A stretch of DNA of 64,000 nucleotides, taken from positions 8,407 through 72,406 of the forward strand of contig JBDRMK010000030.1 in the NCBI GenBank assembly GCA_043812155.1. Reading direction: 5' to 3'. Each line of letters opens with the position of its first letter. Position 1 is the first letter of the stretch. The DNA comes from Patescibacteria group bacterium (lineage in GTDB: Bacteria > Patescibacteriota > Patescibacteriia > JAXHNJ01). The translations under genes were made by a program, and so were the position numbers. The notes below the pieces were generated by a model. The model was not told the DNA's origin and searched no databases. It saw only the letters and a list, made by a program, of their open reading frames with translations. Below are positions 48,567 through 58,307 of this stretch, one piece after another.

Positions 48567-50351
48567 ATGGAAATCAGAAACATCGCCATTATTGCTCACG
48601 TGGACCACGGCAAAACCATGCTGACTGACGCTTTAATGCGCCAGACGAATTCGGCCGCCGATGCCAGCGTGACCATGGATACTAACGCCCTGGAGCAGGA
48701 GCGGGGGATCACGATTTATTCCAAGAATACGTCGATTTTTTATAAGGGGACGAAGATCAATATCGTGGACACGCCCGGGCACGCGGATTTCGGCTCGGAA
48801 GTGGAGCGGGTTCTGCGCTCTATTGACTCGGTTTTATTGCTCGTGGACGCCCAGGAAGGCCCGATGCCGCAGACCAAATTCGTGCTGAAAAAATCTTTGG
48901 AGCTCGGGATCAAGCCGATCGTGGTCATCAATAAAATAGATAAAAAAGCGGCCCGGCCGGAATGGACGCACGAGAAAGTCCTGGAATTATTCATGGACTT
49001 GAACGCCGATCAGGACCAGCTTTATTTCACCACGGTCTACGCCATTGCCAAAGACGGGGTGGCCAAAATCAATTTGGAAGATGAATCAAAGGATCTGACC
49101 CCGCTTTTGGAAACCATTTTAGCCCAGGTTAAACCTGCCGCCGGAGAAATTGACAAGCCTTTTTTATTTCAGCCCTTTAACCTGGCTTATGACAATTACT
49201 TGGGCCGTTTGGGTATCGGCCGGGTTTATCAGGGAGTAGTCAAAGTCGGGGACCAGGTTTTTGTGAAAAAAGATGACGGCAAGATCTTACCGGGAATAAT
49301 TACCCGGCTTTTTACTTTTGAAGGCTTGACCCGCAAAGAAGTGCCGGAAGTATTTGCCGGCGATATCGTGATGCTGGCCGGACTGCCGGAAATTTATATC
49401 GGCGACACAGTTGCCGCGAATAAAGAAGAAGACTTATTGCCGGCCATCAAAGTGGACGAGCCGACCATCGGTTTGAATTTTTTGGTAAATAATTCTCCGT
49501 TTTGCGGCCACGAAGGCAAGTTTGTCACCAGCCGGCAGATCAAAGAAAGATTAAAAAAAGAATTGGAAGTTAATGTTGGCTTGAGAATTGATTTTTCCTC
49601 CAATGATTATTATAAAGTTTACGGCCGAGGCGAACTTCACATCGCTATCTTGCTGGAAAACATGCGCCGAGAAGGCTATGAGCTCCAGGTTTCCCAGCCG
49701 CGCGTCATCTTGAAAGAAGTTGACGGGAAGACCCTAGAGCCTTTTGAAGAAGTGACCCTGGATATCAAGGAAAAATACAGCGGCGTGGTCATTAAAAAAA
49801 TGTCCAAGCGCAAAGGCCGTCTTTTAGAAATGAGGCCCGAGCAGGCGCACACCCGCCTGGTCTATGAAATGCCGACCCGCGGTTTATTAGGTTATCGGAA
49901 TGAATTCATCGTGGATACGCGGGGTGAGGGGATCCTTTGCAGCCAATTCATCGGCTTCAAACCCCATGCCGGAGAAATTGAAAAGCGGCAGACCGGCTCT
50001 ATGATCTCCGGCGAGACCGGCAAGACCTTGTCTTACGCTTTGGCCAATCTTCAGACCCGCGGGGTGCTTTACGTCGGCCCCAACACGGAAGTTTATAAGG
50101 GCCAGGTCATCGGCAACACGGCCAAAGGCGACCAGATGACAGTCAATCCGATCAAAGGCAAGCGCATGAGCAATATGCGTTCTTCCAGCGCGGACATCGG
50201 CATCCAGATCACGCCGCCGATGCTTTTGTCGCTTGAGCGGGGCTTGGAAGTTATGGCTGATGACGAGTTTTTGGAAATCACGCCAAAAAGCGTCCGTCTG
50301 CGCAAGCAGTTCTTAACCGAGAATGATCGGATAAGAGCAAGTAGGACTTAG
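48567..50351 (+). CDS. typA: Translational GTPase TypA/BipA
   Basis: IRNIAIIAHVDHGKTML G1, DTPGHADF G3, NKIDK G4; 594 aa EF-G-like architecture. Confidence 0.9.
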   Translation: MEIRNIAIIAHVDHGKTMLTDALMRQTNSAADASVTMDTNALEQERGITIYSKNTSIFYKGTKINIVDTPGHADFGSEVERVLRSIDSVLLLVDAQEGPMPQTKFVLKKSLELGIKPIVVINKIDKKAARPEWTHEKVLELFMDLNADQDQLYFTTVYAIAKDGVAKINLEDESKDLTPLLETILAQVKPAAGEIDKPFLFQPFNLAYDNYLGRLGIGRVYQGVVKVGDQVFVKKDDGKILPGIITRLFTFEGLTRKEVPEVFAGDIVMLAGLPEIYIGDTVAANKEEDLLPAIKVDEPTIGLNFLVNNSPFCGHEGKFVTSRQIKERLKKELEVNVGLRIDFSSNDYYKVYGRGELHIAILLENMRREGYELQVSQPRVILKEVDGKTLEPFEEVTLDIKEKYSGVVIKKMSKRKGRLLEMRPEQAHTRLVYEMPTRGLLGYRNEFIVDTRGEGILCSQFIGFKPHAGEIEKRQTGSMISGETGKTLSYALANLQTRGVLYVGPNTEVYKGQVIGNTAKGDQMTVNPIKGKRMSNMRSSSADIGIQITPPMLLSLERGLEVMADDEFLEITPKSVRLRKQFLTENDRIRASRT

Positions 50352-50354
50352 TTG

Positions 50355-50470
50355 TTTCGGCCCAAGGCCGACCCGCCTCGGGCGGGAAGTTGTTTAATTA
50401 TTGAGAAATTGAGAGGATTTAGGAATTAATAATTTGTTTAGGATTTAGAATATAGAGTTTAGGATTTGCG
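50355..50470. repeat. Dispersed repeat copy (reverse orientation): tandem GC triloop hairpins plus TTTAGGATTTAGAAT-type AT repeats
   Basis: CGGCC-CAA-GGCCG ACC CGCC-TCG-GGCGGG is reverse complement of the 38866-38900 copy with compensatory changes. Confidence 0.55.
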
Positions 50471-50529
50471 TAAAGGGGCGGCTTTAAAGGCCGTTTTTTT
50501 TGTTTCGCTTTTGATAATACTCTGTTTTT

Positions 50530-50558
50530 CTTGACAAAGATATCTTTTATTGTTAATA
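50530..50558 (+). promoter_or_regulatory. Putative sigma70 promoter
   Basis: TTGACA, 17-nt spacer, TAATAT, then AAAGGAGG RBS. Confidence 0.45.
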
Positions 50559-50608
50559 TCCTAAAAAGCAACTTTCCCGCTGTTTGAAAATCAAAAAGGA
50601 GGATAGAC

Positions 50609-51703
50609 ATGAAAAGGTCTTTTTGTTTCACGGTAGGTATTTTTCTGATCTTGTCCTTAGCTAACTTCCAGGTCTCGGCCCAAAAGTCATCGGCCGAAAA
50701 TCAGGCCGGGGGCGATTTTAAACGGTTGATCCAAAAATTGTGGGACAATCCGAAAACCCGGCCCCACTTGCTTGCCTTTCAGCGTCTGAGCGCCAGCCAA
50801 GATTGGTACGAAGACCTGGCCAATCCGGTCGTCACCAGCCAGGAGGAACTGGACCAAAAAATCAGCGAATGCCGGAAAGTCTATTATCTTTTTAACGGAT
50901 TGGCCGACTACCTGAGAAAACAGGAAGGTTTCCTGACGGAACAGGGTGATTCCCTCCTGGAAATGACCGAGTTCATTACGCAGTTCTTCAGCAATGATTC
51001 GACCTTTTCGCCGGTAAGCCAGGTTCGATACGTTGATTTTTCCACTTCCCAGGCGCCGGCGGTCAAAGCCCTGCGCGAAGAAGTAAGCCTGCCTCCGCCC
51101 GCCGGTCCCGCTTTCATCCGCTATTTCAGAAGCCGGGAGGAAATGCCGCCGATCATCAGGCAATGTTTCGAGGAAAAAACCCGGGGGGTGACCGTTTACT
51201 GCCGCTACATCGCCGTCTTGGCCGAGGCGCCGACTTTCGACAAGCCGGGGGTGAACAAAGCCCTGCTGAATAAGACCGTCAATCATGAGTATGTTCACGC
51301 CTATCTTAACTCTACCTTAGGGATGAGAAACAAGACCAAACTGCCTCTCTGGTTCCATGAAGGCTGCGCTATCTATTTCAGCAAATCTGGCGGTACTCAT
51401 GTGGACGTGACCTCCAACGCGGACGGTTATCTCTATCGGACTTACGAGGATACCGAAGATTATCGACGCTACCGGCTGGTCTTCAAGTATCTGGCGAAAG
51501 AGCACGACCGGGATAAATTCTGCGCCCTGATCAAGGAATCGATCCTTACCCAGTCGGCCGCGCCGCTTCTGCAAGGGACCGGATTCTCCTCTTACGAGGC
51601 CTTGGCCGATAAAGTCAGCCGGACCTTCTGGCAAAGGCACAAAAGAGCGATCATTATTTCCCTTATCGTAATGTTCATTATTTTTGCTGTCTGGTTGAGA
51701 TAG
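50609..51703 (+). CDS. Secreted/anchored protein with HExxH motif (putative zinc metallopeptidase)
   Basis: Signal peptide MKRSFCFTVGIFLILSLANFQVSA, NHEYVHAYLN (HExxH), downstream HEGCAIYF, C-terminal TM; GC-rich. Confidence 0.45.
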   Translation: MKRSFCFTVGIFLILSLANFQVSAQKSSAENQAGGDFKRLIQKLWDNPKTRPHLLAFQRLSASQDWYEDLANPVVTSQEELDQKISECRKVYYLFNGLADYLRKQEGFLTEQGDSLLEMTEFITQFFSNDSTFSPVSQVRYVDFSTSQAPAVKALREEVSLPPPAGPAFIRYFRSREEMPPIIRQCFEEKTRGVTVYCRYIAVLAEAPTFDKPGVNKALLNKTVNHEYVHAYLNSTLGMRNKTKLPLWFHEGCAIYFSKSGGTHVDVTSNADGYLYRTYEDTEDYRRYRLVFKYLAKEHDRDKFCALIKESILTQSAAPLLQGTGFSSYEALADKVSRTFWQRHKRAIIISLIVMFIIFAVWLR

Positions 51704-51825
51704 GAATCTGCCAGGCCGAAAAAATAATGGTTTCTTTCTTTCGCATAGCGCCGGGTATTTACTCGGCGTTTTTTTAATTCCAAAATTCCAAACCCGGGCG
51801 GCGACCGCGGTTTTTTTGTCTTGAT

Positions 51826-51881
51826 CCCGTTAGAAATGACTATATTTAAAGAGGCATTTTCTCATCTTAATTTCTAACGGG
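51826..51881. promoter_or_regulatory. Second copy of CCCGTTAGAAAT / ATTTCTAACGGGG palindromic half-sites
   Basis: Same 12-13-nt arms as 22775-22804, here separated by 31 nt, followed by TTGACA. Confidence 0.4.
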
Positions 51882-51969
51882 GTTGACAAAAATTAAAAAA
51901 AGGAATAAGGTTGGGTTTATAATATCGGCTCTTTTGAGGATAAATCGGGTCTTAAACAAAGGAGGGAAG

Positions 51970-52368
51970 ATGTCTACAAAATCCCGTTTCGAGATGCCCC
52001 AACTGAAAGCTCTGGAGGATCTGTTGCTCCTTTCCACGGATTTGGAGCCTTTTGGCCGGCAATTCGCCGTCTGGCTGCTCGGCCAGTCTGAAGGCCTGAC
52101 CCGAAATGTTCGCGTGGTCATTCCGCCGGATTTTCCGGAGCCGGAGAAGGACAAAGTTGCTTTCGGTCTTCACAATATCAACAGCTTTAACGGGACTACC
52201 CATATCGGTGTGGTATTGAAGGCGATGGGTACTGACATGCGTTTTTCGGTCGCCCAGCATGATGATGGGGTTAAGGCCTGGTTATCCACAAAGATGCACG
52301 ATTTGGACGCGCTTGAGATACCTTTCGACCCGGAGGCGATCAAGGCCCTGCCGAGCACGAGAAAGTAA
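51970..52368 (+). CDS. Hypothetical protein (133 aa)
   Basis: AAGGAGGGAAG RBS before ATG 51970 (track ORF starts earlier at 51883); no recognisable motif. Confidence 0.5.
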   Translation: MSTKSRFEMPQLKALEDLLLLSTDLEPFGRQFAVWLLGQSEGLTRNVRVVIPPDFPEPEKDKVAFGLHNINSFNGTTHIGVVLKAMGTDMRFSVAQHDDGVKAWLSTKMHDLDALEIPFDPEAIKALPSTRK

Positions 52369-52402
52369 GCAGAGGACTTCAAAAACGAAAATAGAAGACG
52401 CG

Positions 52403-52431
52403 AGGAGCTGGTTCAAAGCTCCTCTTTTTTA
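52403..52431 (+). terminator. Rho-independent terminator
   Basis: GAGGAGCT-GGTTCAA-AGCTCCTC + TTTTTT. Confidence 0.8.
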
Positions 52432-52445
52432 TTATTCCGTCAAAA

Positions 52446-52925
52446 GTGTATAATTATAATATGAAGAGAAAAAGCCTGATTATAATTTTTATTATCGCAT
52501 TTCTCCTGCTAACTGGCGGAATTTTAGGGTATAAATTTTATTTAACTCCAAAAACATCCGGTTATCTGGAAATAGAAGATATTTTATCTAATAAGGAATT
52601 TTACATAAATAAAGAGATTGAAACAACCGGGACAATCGTTAGAACTCGTGGATTTAATTTGTATTATGATTTAGTGACGTATACTATGATAAAAAATAAA
52701 ATTAATCCAGGAAATGGGTTAAGTCTTGAATATATGGGAAATTTGGAACCTTTTGTCGAATATGAATGTGATATAAAAATGAACAGTGTTAATTATAAAA
52801 TAATGGAAAATGCCCCTTCCGTGGTTTATATTAAGGGCATTTTTAAAGATCATGGCGAGGTAACGGATATCTCCCGGTATTATTTGGAAGTTGTAGAAAT
52901 AGAAGAATTAAAAGTAGTTAATTAA
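52446..52925 (+). CDS. Hypothetical exported protein (159 aa)
   Basis: N-terminal signal anchor LIIIFIIAFLLLTGGILG; AT-rich. Confidence 0.45.
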   Translation: MYNYNMKRKSLIIIFIIAFLLLTGGILGYKFYLTPKTSGYLEIEDILSNKEFYINKEIETTGTIVRTRGFNLYYDLVTYTMIKNKINPGNGLSLEYMGNLEPFVEYECDIKMNSVNYKIMENAPSVVYIKGIFKDHGEVTDISRYYLEVVEIEELKVVN

Positions 52926-53144
52926 TTTAAGTTTAAAGTAATATAATGTCTGATCACAATTTAGAAATATTACCCATTTGTTTTTCTGTCTTAGTCTTTG
53001 GGTTTGGGTATGGCGGCGGGTAAGGGCTTAGTTTTAGGTATGGTGTTATTGATTTTTTACCAAAGACAAAACCCACGACCTTACTAGCGGCTATAACTAA
53101 AACTATAACTAAACCTCGTTAAAAAACAGCCAGAGTTAAAAAAT

Positions 53145-53630
53145 ATGAATAATGATAATTTTGAGATATTATCAATATTAAGACCAGCGATAGAAACTTA
53201 CCGTTATGCGATAACCGCTATTCGCGGCTGGCCAAGGGTAAGCGAAGAAGAGAGGCAAAGAATCAGGCAGGAATTGGGGCGGTCGGAAGAAGGCCAGATT
53301 GATACCGTGAAGATGCTTTCGTCTCTGACTCAGAACCTGGTCGGCAATTGCTGGGAGATCCTGGTGAAAAATCATTACGTCAACTGGGATTACCGTCACC
53401 CGGTCATCCAGTTTTTCCGGCATATTAGGAACGGCTGTTATCACGGCAACTTCTTTCATTTCCGGGGCGACGAGCCGATATTTGAGGCGTCCTGGCGGGG
53501 GAGAAGAATTGAGCGGCATTTGCAGGGCAAAAAAATATTTCCCGAAAGCCAAGGAGACCAGAATTTTTTCCTAAATTGGGAAGACGCTATTTTACTCTTA
53601 AGCGAGGCGAGCAGAATACTGAAAAAATAG
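53145..53630 (+). CDS. Hypothetical protein with HEPN-like R-N-x3-H motif
   Basis: FRHIRNGCYHGNF (Rx4-6H HEPN-type signature); 161 aa; terminator hairpin GACGAGTAATCGTC+T8 at ~53660-53683. Confidence 0.4.
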   Translation: MNNDNFEILSILRPAIETYRYAITAIRGWPRVSEEERQRIRQELGRSEEGQIDTVKMLSSLTQNLVGNCWEILVKNHYVNWDYRHPVIQFFRHIRNGCYHGNFFHFRGDEPIFEASWRGRRIERHLQGKKIFPESQGDQNFFLNWEDAILLLSEASRILKK

Positions 53631-54179
53631 TATTAAACATATTTAATAGGACGAGTAATCGTCTTTTTTTATAATTCTAACCACATTTCTAGTGGCCTGG
53701 TTAGTTTGTTTGTCTAGACCGTATTATTTGTTCTTTTGTGGCCAAAAGAACCAAAAGTCCTAGGGGCTTCTGTTTTTGATACCACTAACATACTTTGTTA
53801 ATTTTGAAACAAAAAAGGGAAGCCCCCAGACCCCGGCATTCTAAAATCTATATTTGCTGCTAATTTTTTTCGGTAGAGTTTTTGCCAACAGAAATAGCGA
53901 AAACCAGGCGGACGAGGGGGCTCCGGGGGCAAAACTGAAAGCCAAACGGTCACGCGCTACAATCTTGCCCTGCTCCCGCGGTTTTTTGCCCCCGGAACTT
54001 TTGCTACTTTTGGTTACAAAAGTAGAAATAGAACGGGTCTGACAAGAATTATTGTCAGGCAAAAATTTAGCCTAAAATTAGCCAAAAAATAAGGGGGTCT
54101 TTTTCTTGCCAAAAGGGCTTTTTTCTGTTAAAATACAGGTAGGTTTCTAAACCATTATTTTAATAAATGAGCGGAAAAA

Positions 54180-54563
54180 ATGCTTTTAAAAAAGTACCTT
54201 ATTTTAATGATTATTGCCACCTTTGTTGCTTGGATTTCGCTCGGCGCGGTCATTTTTACCATGAGCCCGGAAGCCGGCCTGCTTTCCCTGATGCTTTTTT
54301 ACGGCACCCTGTTCCTTTCCCTGCTGGGCAGTTTTTTCCTGCTGGGTTTTCTTTTTAGATATATTTTTCAAAGAAATATCCCTCTTTTCCGGCACTTGGG
54401 GATTTCTTTCCGGCAGGGTCTGCTTTTTACCATTTTAGTCGTTGGTTCTCTGGTTTTGCAGGCGGCATCCTATTTACGATGGTGGAATTTAATCTTATTT
54501 TTTATTTTTTTGGTAATTTTGGAATTTTTCTTTTCTTTGCAGAAAAAAAATTATGGAAGATAA
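54180..54563 (+). CDS. Hypothetical membrane protein (127 aa)
   Basis: Four hydrophobic helices; overlaps pheS start. Confidence 0.4.
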   Translation: MLLKKYLILMIIATFVAWISLGAVIFTMSPEAGLLSLMLFYGTLFLSLLGSFFLLGFLFRYIFQRNIPLFRHLGISFRQGLLFTILVVGSLVLQAASYLRWWNLILFFIFLVILEFFFSLQKKNYGR

Positions 54564-55593
54564 GTTAAAAAATATTTTAAATCAGGCCAAGACCGAGATT
54601 TCAACGGCGAAGTGTTCGGCGGATTTGGCTTTTCTTCAAAATAAGTTTTTAGGCCGGAAAGGGGAGCTTTCCCTGATCTTGCGCGGGATTAAGGACTTGT
54701 CCAAAGAAGAAAAGCCGAAGATCGGGCGCTTGGGCAATGAGATCAGGAAAGAAATAGAAAATTTATTCTCGCAGACGCAAAACCGGTTTTCCGGTCCGGA
54801 AGAAAAATCAGAAAATATTGATCTGACCTTGCCGGGCGTGAAAATTCGTGAGGGCAGTCTGCACCCGCTGACCTTGTTTTTAAGAAAAACCATCGATATA
54901 TTCGTCCGCATGGGTTTTGAGGTCGTGCCGGGGCCGGAACTGGAGGAAGCGAAATACAATTTTGACCTATTGAATATTCCTAAAGATCATCCGGCGCGCG
55001 ACGTTTGGGATACGTTTTATGTGACGGGACAGAAGACATTAGACAGTAGACATAAGACAAGTGATTTGTTGTTAAGAACTCATACCTCGCCCATGCAGAT
55101 TCGGGCCATGGAAAAAAGAAAACCGCCGGTGCGTTTAATCGTGCCCGGCCGGGTCTTCCGACATGAAGCCACGGACGCGGGGCATGAAACGACTTTTTAC
55201 CAGGTGGAAGGCCTGGTTATTGATAAAGATATAAAAATTACTGATTTAATAGGGACGATAAAAATTTTCCTACAAAGTCTTTTCGGCAAACAGGTGAAGA
55301 CTCGAGTGAGGCCGCATTTTTACGCTTTTACCGAGCCGTCTATGGATTTTGATATGAGTTGTTTACTTTGCGGAGGCAAGGGTTGCTCGGTTTGCGGCCA
55401 GTCAGGCTGGCTGGAGATGATGGGCTCGGGCATGGTCCATCCGAAAGTTCTGAAAAATATGAAAGTGGATCCTCAGAAGTTCACCGGCTTTGCCTTTGGC
55501 ATGGGAATAGACCGCTTTATGATGCTTTATTACGGAATTGATGACATAAGACTTTCTTACCAGAACGATTTACGCTTTTTAAAACAATTTTAG
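54553..55593 (+). CDS. pheS: Phenylalanyl-tRNA synthetase alpha subunit
   Basis: Class II motif 2 FRHEATDAGHETTFYQVEG, motif 3 GFAFGMGIDRFMMLYYGIDDIR; apparent ~10-aa in-frame repeat-derived insert (QKTLDSRHKTSD) at 55033-55061. Confidence 0.9.
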   Translation: MEDKLKNILNQAKTEISTAKCSADLAFLQNKFLGRKGELSLILRGIKDLSKEEKPKIGRLGNEIRKEIENLFSQTQNRFSGPEEKSENIDLTLPGVKIREGSLHPLTLFLRKTIDIFVRMGFEVVPGPELEEAKYNFDLLNIPKDHPARDVWDTFYVTGQKTLDSRHKTSDLLLRTHTSPMQIRAMEKRKPPVRLIVPGRVFRHEATDAGHETTFYQVEGLVIDKDIKITDLIGTIKIFLQSLFGKQVKTRVRPHFYAFTEPSMDFDMSCLLCGGKGCSVCGQSGWLEMMGSGMVHPKVLKNMKVDPQKFTGFAFGMGIDRFMMLYYGIDDIRLSYQNDLRFLKQF

Positions 55594-55756
55594 GGCTATA
55601 GCCCACATTGTCATGCTGAGGAGCCCTGAGTAGTGCCGAAGGGCGTCTCGAAGCATAGACAATGTGACTGTTTACAGGCGTCACCCTTCCCTTCGCTGCG
55701 ACTCAGGGCAGGCTACGGCTTCGCGCATCCTGAGCCGGGACGAAGGACAGGGTGAC
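55593..55756. repeat. GC-rich structured intergenic element between pheS and pheT (two palindromic units)
   Basis: GGGCTATAGCCC; CACATTGTC...GACAATGTG 9-bp stem enclosing CTGAGGAGC...CGAAGGG; second unit GTCACCCT...AGGGTGAC (55680-55756) related to the GIY-YIG flanking palindromes. Confidence 0.5.
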
Positions 55757-55799
55757 AGCGAAAAATAAGGTTTTTAATATAGTTTTAAACTTAAAAACT

Positions 55800-56030
55800 A
55801 TGGGAGTAGAAAATTCAGACTTTCCGCCGCCGCTGTTTGAACGATTAAAAAGACCTTTCTTATTGAACATACTGGTGATCATCAGCTTTATCGCCGTGAT
55901 CATCCTCAGCGTGATGACCTATTTTTTCTTGCCCAAATACGTATACATTGTTAATATTGGTTTTCCCGTTTATTTATTCCTTATTTTTCTTATTTATGTG
56001 TGCTGGCATCAAAAACATCCGTCCAAGTAA
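55800..56030 (+). CDS. Small hypothetical membrane protein
   Basis: Track ORF 55752..56030; 5' part overlaps GC-rich repeat, start probably MGVENSDF; two TM helices. Confidence 0.35.
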   Translation: MGVENSDFPPPLFERLKRPFLLNILVIISFIAVIILSVMTYFFLPKYVYIVNIGFPVYLFLIFLIYVCWHQKHPSK

Positions 56031-56044
56031 TTTAAAAGATAAAC

Positions 56045-58306
56045 ATGAAAATATCCTTTAACTGGCTCAAAGATTTCGTAAAGATTGATAAAACGCCGGA
56101 AAAACTGGCGGAAGTTTTAACGCTGTCAGGGACCGAAGTTGAAGGGGTTCGGCCTCTAGATTGTTTATTTGATAAGGTAGTGGTCGGCGAAATTATTACG
56201 ATTATTAAACATACCAACGCCGATAAATTAAAAGTCTGCAAAGTAAGGGTGAAAAAAGGCGTGGTCTTGAATATCGTCTGCGGGGCTTCCAATATTTCCG
56301 TCGGCCAGAAAGTGCCGACCGCCTTAGTTGGCGCCAAATTGCCCGGCGGAATATTGGAAAAAACCAAGATCCGCGGGATTGAATCCGAAGGCATGCTGCT
56401 GGCGGAAGATGAAATGGGCTTGGGTCATGATCATGCCGGCATTTATCTTTTAGATAAAAATGAGCCGATCGGCAAGAGCGTAAAAGCGGTTTTAGGTTTG
56501 AACGATACCATCTTGGATTTAGCCTTAACGCCCAATCGCGCCGATTGTTTTTCTTTGCTGGGAATCGCGCGGGAGGCGGCCGCGGTTACTAAACGCAAAT
56601 TGAATTTTATGCCTGACCGATTTCTGATTAAGGAAAAGACGAACGAGATCGGAAAAAAACTCTCCGTGAAAGTATTAGATTCAAAATTATGCCCGAAATA
56701 CACGGCGAGGGTGATCGAGAATTTACAAGTGAAAGATTTGCCAGAATGGCTAAAAGCTAGATTGCGAGCGTCAGGCGTCCGGCCGATAAATAATATCGTG
56801 GATGTGACCAATTACGTCATGCTGGAATTGGGCCAGCCCTTGCACGCCTTTGATTATGATAAATTAACGGGTTCCAAGAAAAACATTGTGGTTAGGCAGG
56901 CGAATAAAGGAGAAAAACTTGTTACTCTGGACGGGAAAGAAAGAGAATTGGACCAGAACATGCTTTTGATCACCGAAGGCAAGAAGAATCTGGGGATCGC
57001 CGGCGTGATGGGCGGAAAGAGTTCAGAGATATCTTCTAAAACCAAGACCGTGATCTTGGAATCGGCGGTTTTTAATCCCGGTAATATCCGCAAGACCGCC
57101 CAGAAGTTGAATCTGCGCTCGGAAAGCGAAATGAGATTTGAAAAAGGTCTGGATCCAGAAATGACGGAATTGGCGGCGGACCGAGCGGCGAGTTTAATGT
57201 TAAAATTGGCCGGGGGAAGAATTGTTCCCGGAATTATCAATATTTCCTCTAAGGAAAAGACCAAGCCAGCGATGGTTAACCTGCCTTTGGCTTTAATAAA
57301 GAAGTATTTGAATGTGAATTTAGCCGAAAGCCGGGTGAAGCTGATCTTAAAATCTTTAGGCTTTAAAATCATTTCTTCCCAAGAAAAAGTCCTTAAAGTA
57401 AGCGTGCCTTCTTGGCGCCAGGACGTTCGGTTGCCAGAAGATTTAATTGAGGAAGTCGGCCGGATTTACGATTACAATAAATTGAAGCCCACTTATTTAA
57501 AAGGGACCTTAAAACCCGTTGATCTGCCCAAGAGTCTGATCTGGGAGAATAAGATCAAGGATATGCTGGTGGCGGCGGGACTTTCGGAAGTTTATAATTA
57601 TTCTTTTTACGGTGAAGATTTAGCCAGGAAGTTTAATTTAAATCCGGAAAACCATTTTAAGTTAGCCAATCCAATGAATCCCGAGCAGGTTTTAATGAGG
57701 CAGTCTCTTGTCCCTCTTTTAATAAAAAATTTGGAATTGAATAAGGGAGGAAGCCTGTTTGAAATCGGCCACACGTTTGCCGCCAAAGAAGAAACGAAAT
57801 TAGCCCTGGCGGTGTTCGGGCAAGACGCTTTTTTCCGATTAAAAGGGCTGGCCGATCTTATCGGGTATAAACTTAACTTGGACAAAGATATTTTCGCCAA
57901 ATTGTTTAAATTGGCGCCTTTAAGTCCGGCCCTGACATCTACTTTTAAATTTATAAAACCGGTCGCTTATCTGGAAGTGAATTTGAACGAATTAATAAGA
58001 AACGCCAAAGATAAACCGGCTTTTGTCAAACCGAATAAGTATCCTGCCATGATCCGCGACATTTCATTTTTTAAACCCAAAGAAATCACATATCAAACTG
58101 TTGAAAATGAAATCAAAGGGGTTAGCGGTTTGATCACCGGCCTGGAAGTTTTTGACCGGTTTGAAAAAGAAGGCCAGATTTCTTTAGCGATCAGAATTAC
58201 TTTCCAAAGCCTTGATCGGACTTTGAAAAGCGAAGAAGTGGACGAAGTAATGGAAAAAATTTATCAATTGATGGAGGGCAAGTTTAAAATTAAAGTGAGG
58301 AAATAA
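56045..58306 (+). CDS. pheT: Phenylalanyl-tRNA synthetase beta subunit
   Basis: MKISFNWLKDFV N-terminus, tRNA-binding OB domain, B3/4 and B5 domains, C-terminal FDX-like domain. Confidence 0.9.
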   Translation: MKISFNWLKDFVKIDKTPEKLAEVLTLSGTEVEGVRPLDCLFDKVVVGEIITIIKHTNADKLKVCKVRVKKGVVLNIVCGASNISVGQKVPTALVGAKLPGGILEKTKIRGIESEGMLLAEDEMGLGHDHAGIYLLDKNEPIGKSVKAVLGLNDTILDLALTPNRADCFSLLGIAREAAAVTKRKLNFMPDRFLIKEKTNEIGKKLSVKVLDSKLCPKYTARVIENLQVKDLPEWLKARLRASGVRPINNIVDVTNYVMLELGQPLHAFDYDKLTGSKKNIVVRQANKGEKLVTLDGKERELDQNMLLITEGKKNLGIAGVMGGKSSEISSKTKTVILESAVFNPGNIRKTAQKLNLRSESEMRFEKGLDPEMTELAADRAASLMLKLAGGRIVPGIINISSKEKTKPAMVNLPLALIKKYLNVNLAESRVKLILKSLGFKIISSQEKVLKVSVPSWRQDVRLPEDLIEEVGRIYDYNKLKPTYLKGTLKPVDLPKSLIWENKIKDMLVAAGLSEVYNYSFYGEDLARKFNLNPENHFKLANPMNPEQVLMRQSLVPLLIKNLELNKGGSLFEIGHTFAAKEETKLALAVFGQDAFFRLKGLADLIGYKLNLDKDIFAKLFKLAPLSPALTSTFKFIKPVAYLEVNLNELIRNAKDKPAFVKPNKYPAMIRDISFFKPKEITYQTVENEIKGVSGLITGLEVFDRFEKEGQISLAIRITFQSLDRTLKSEEVDEVMEKIYQLMEGKFKIKVRK

Positions 58307-58307
58307 T

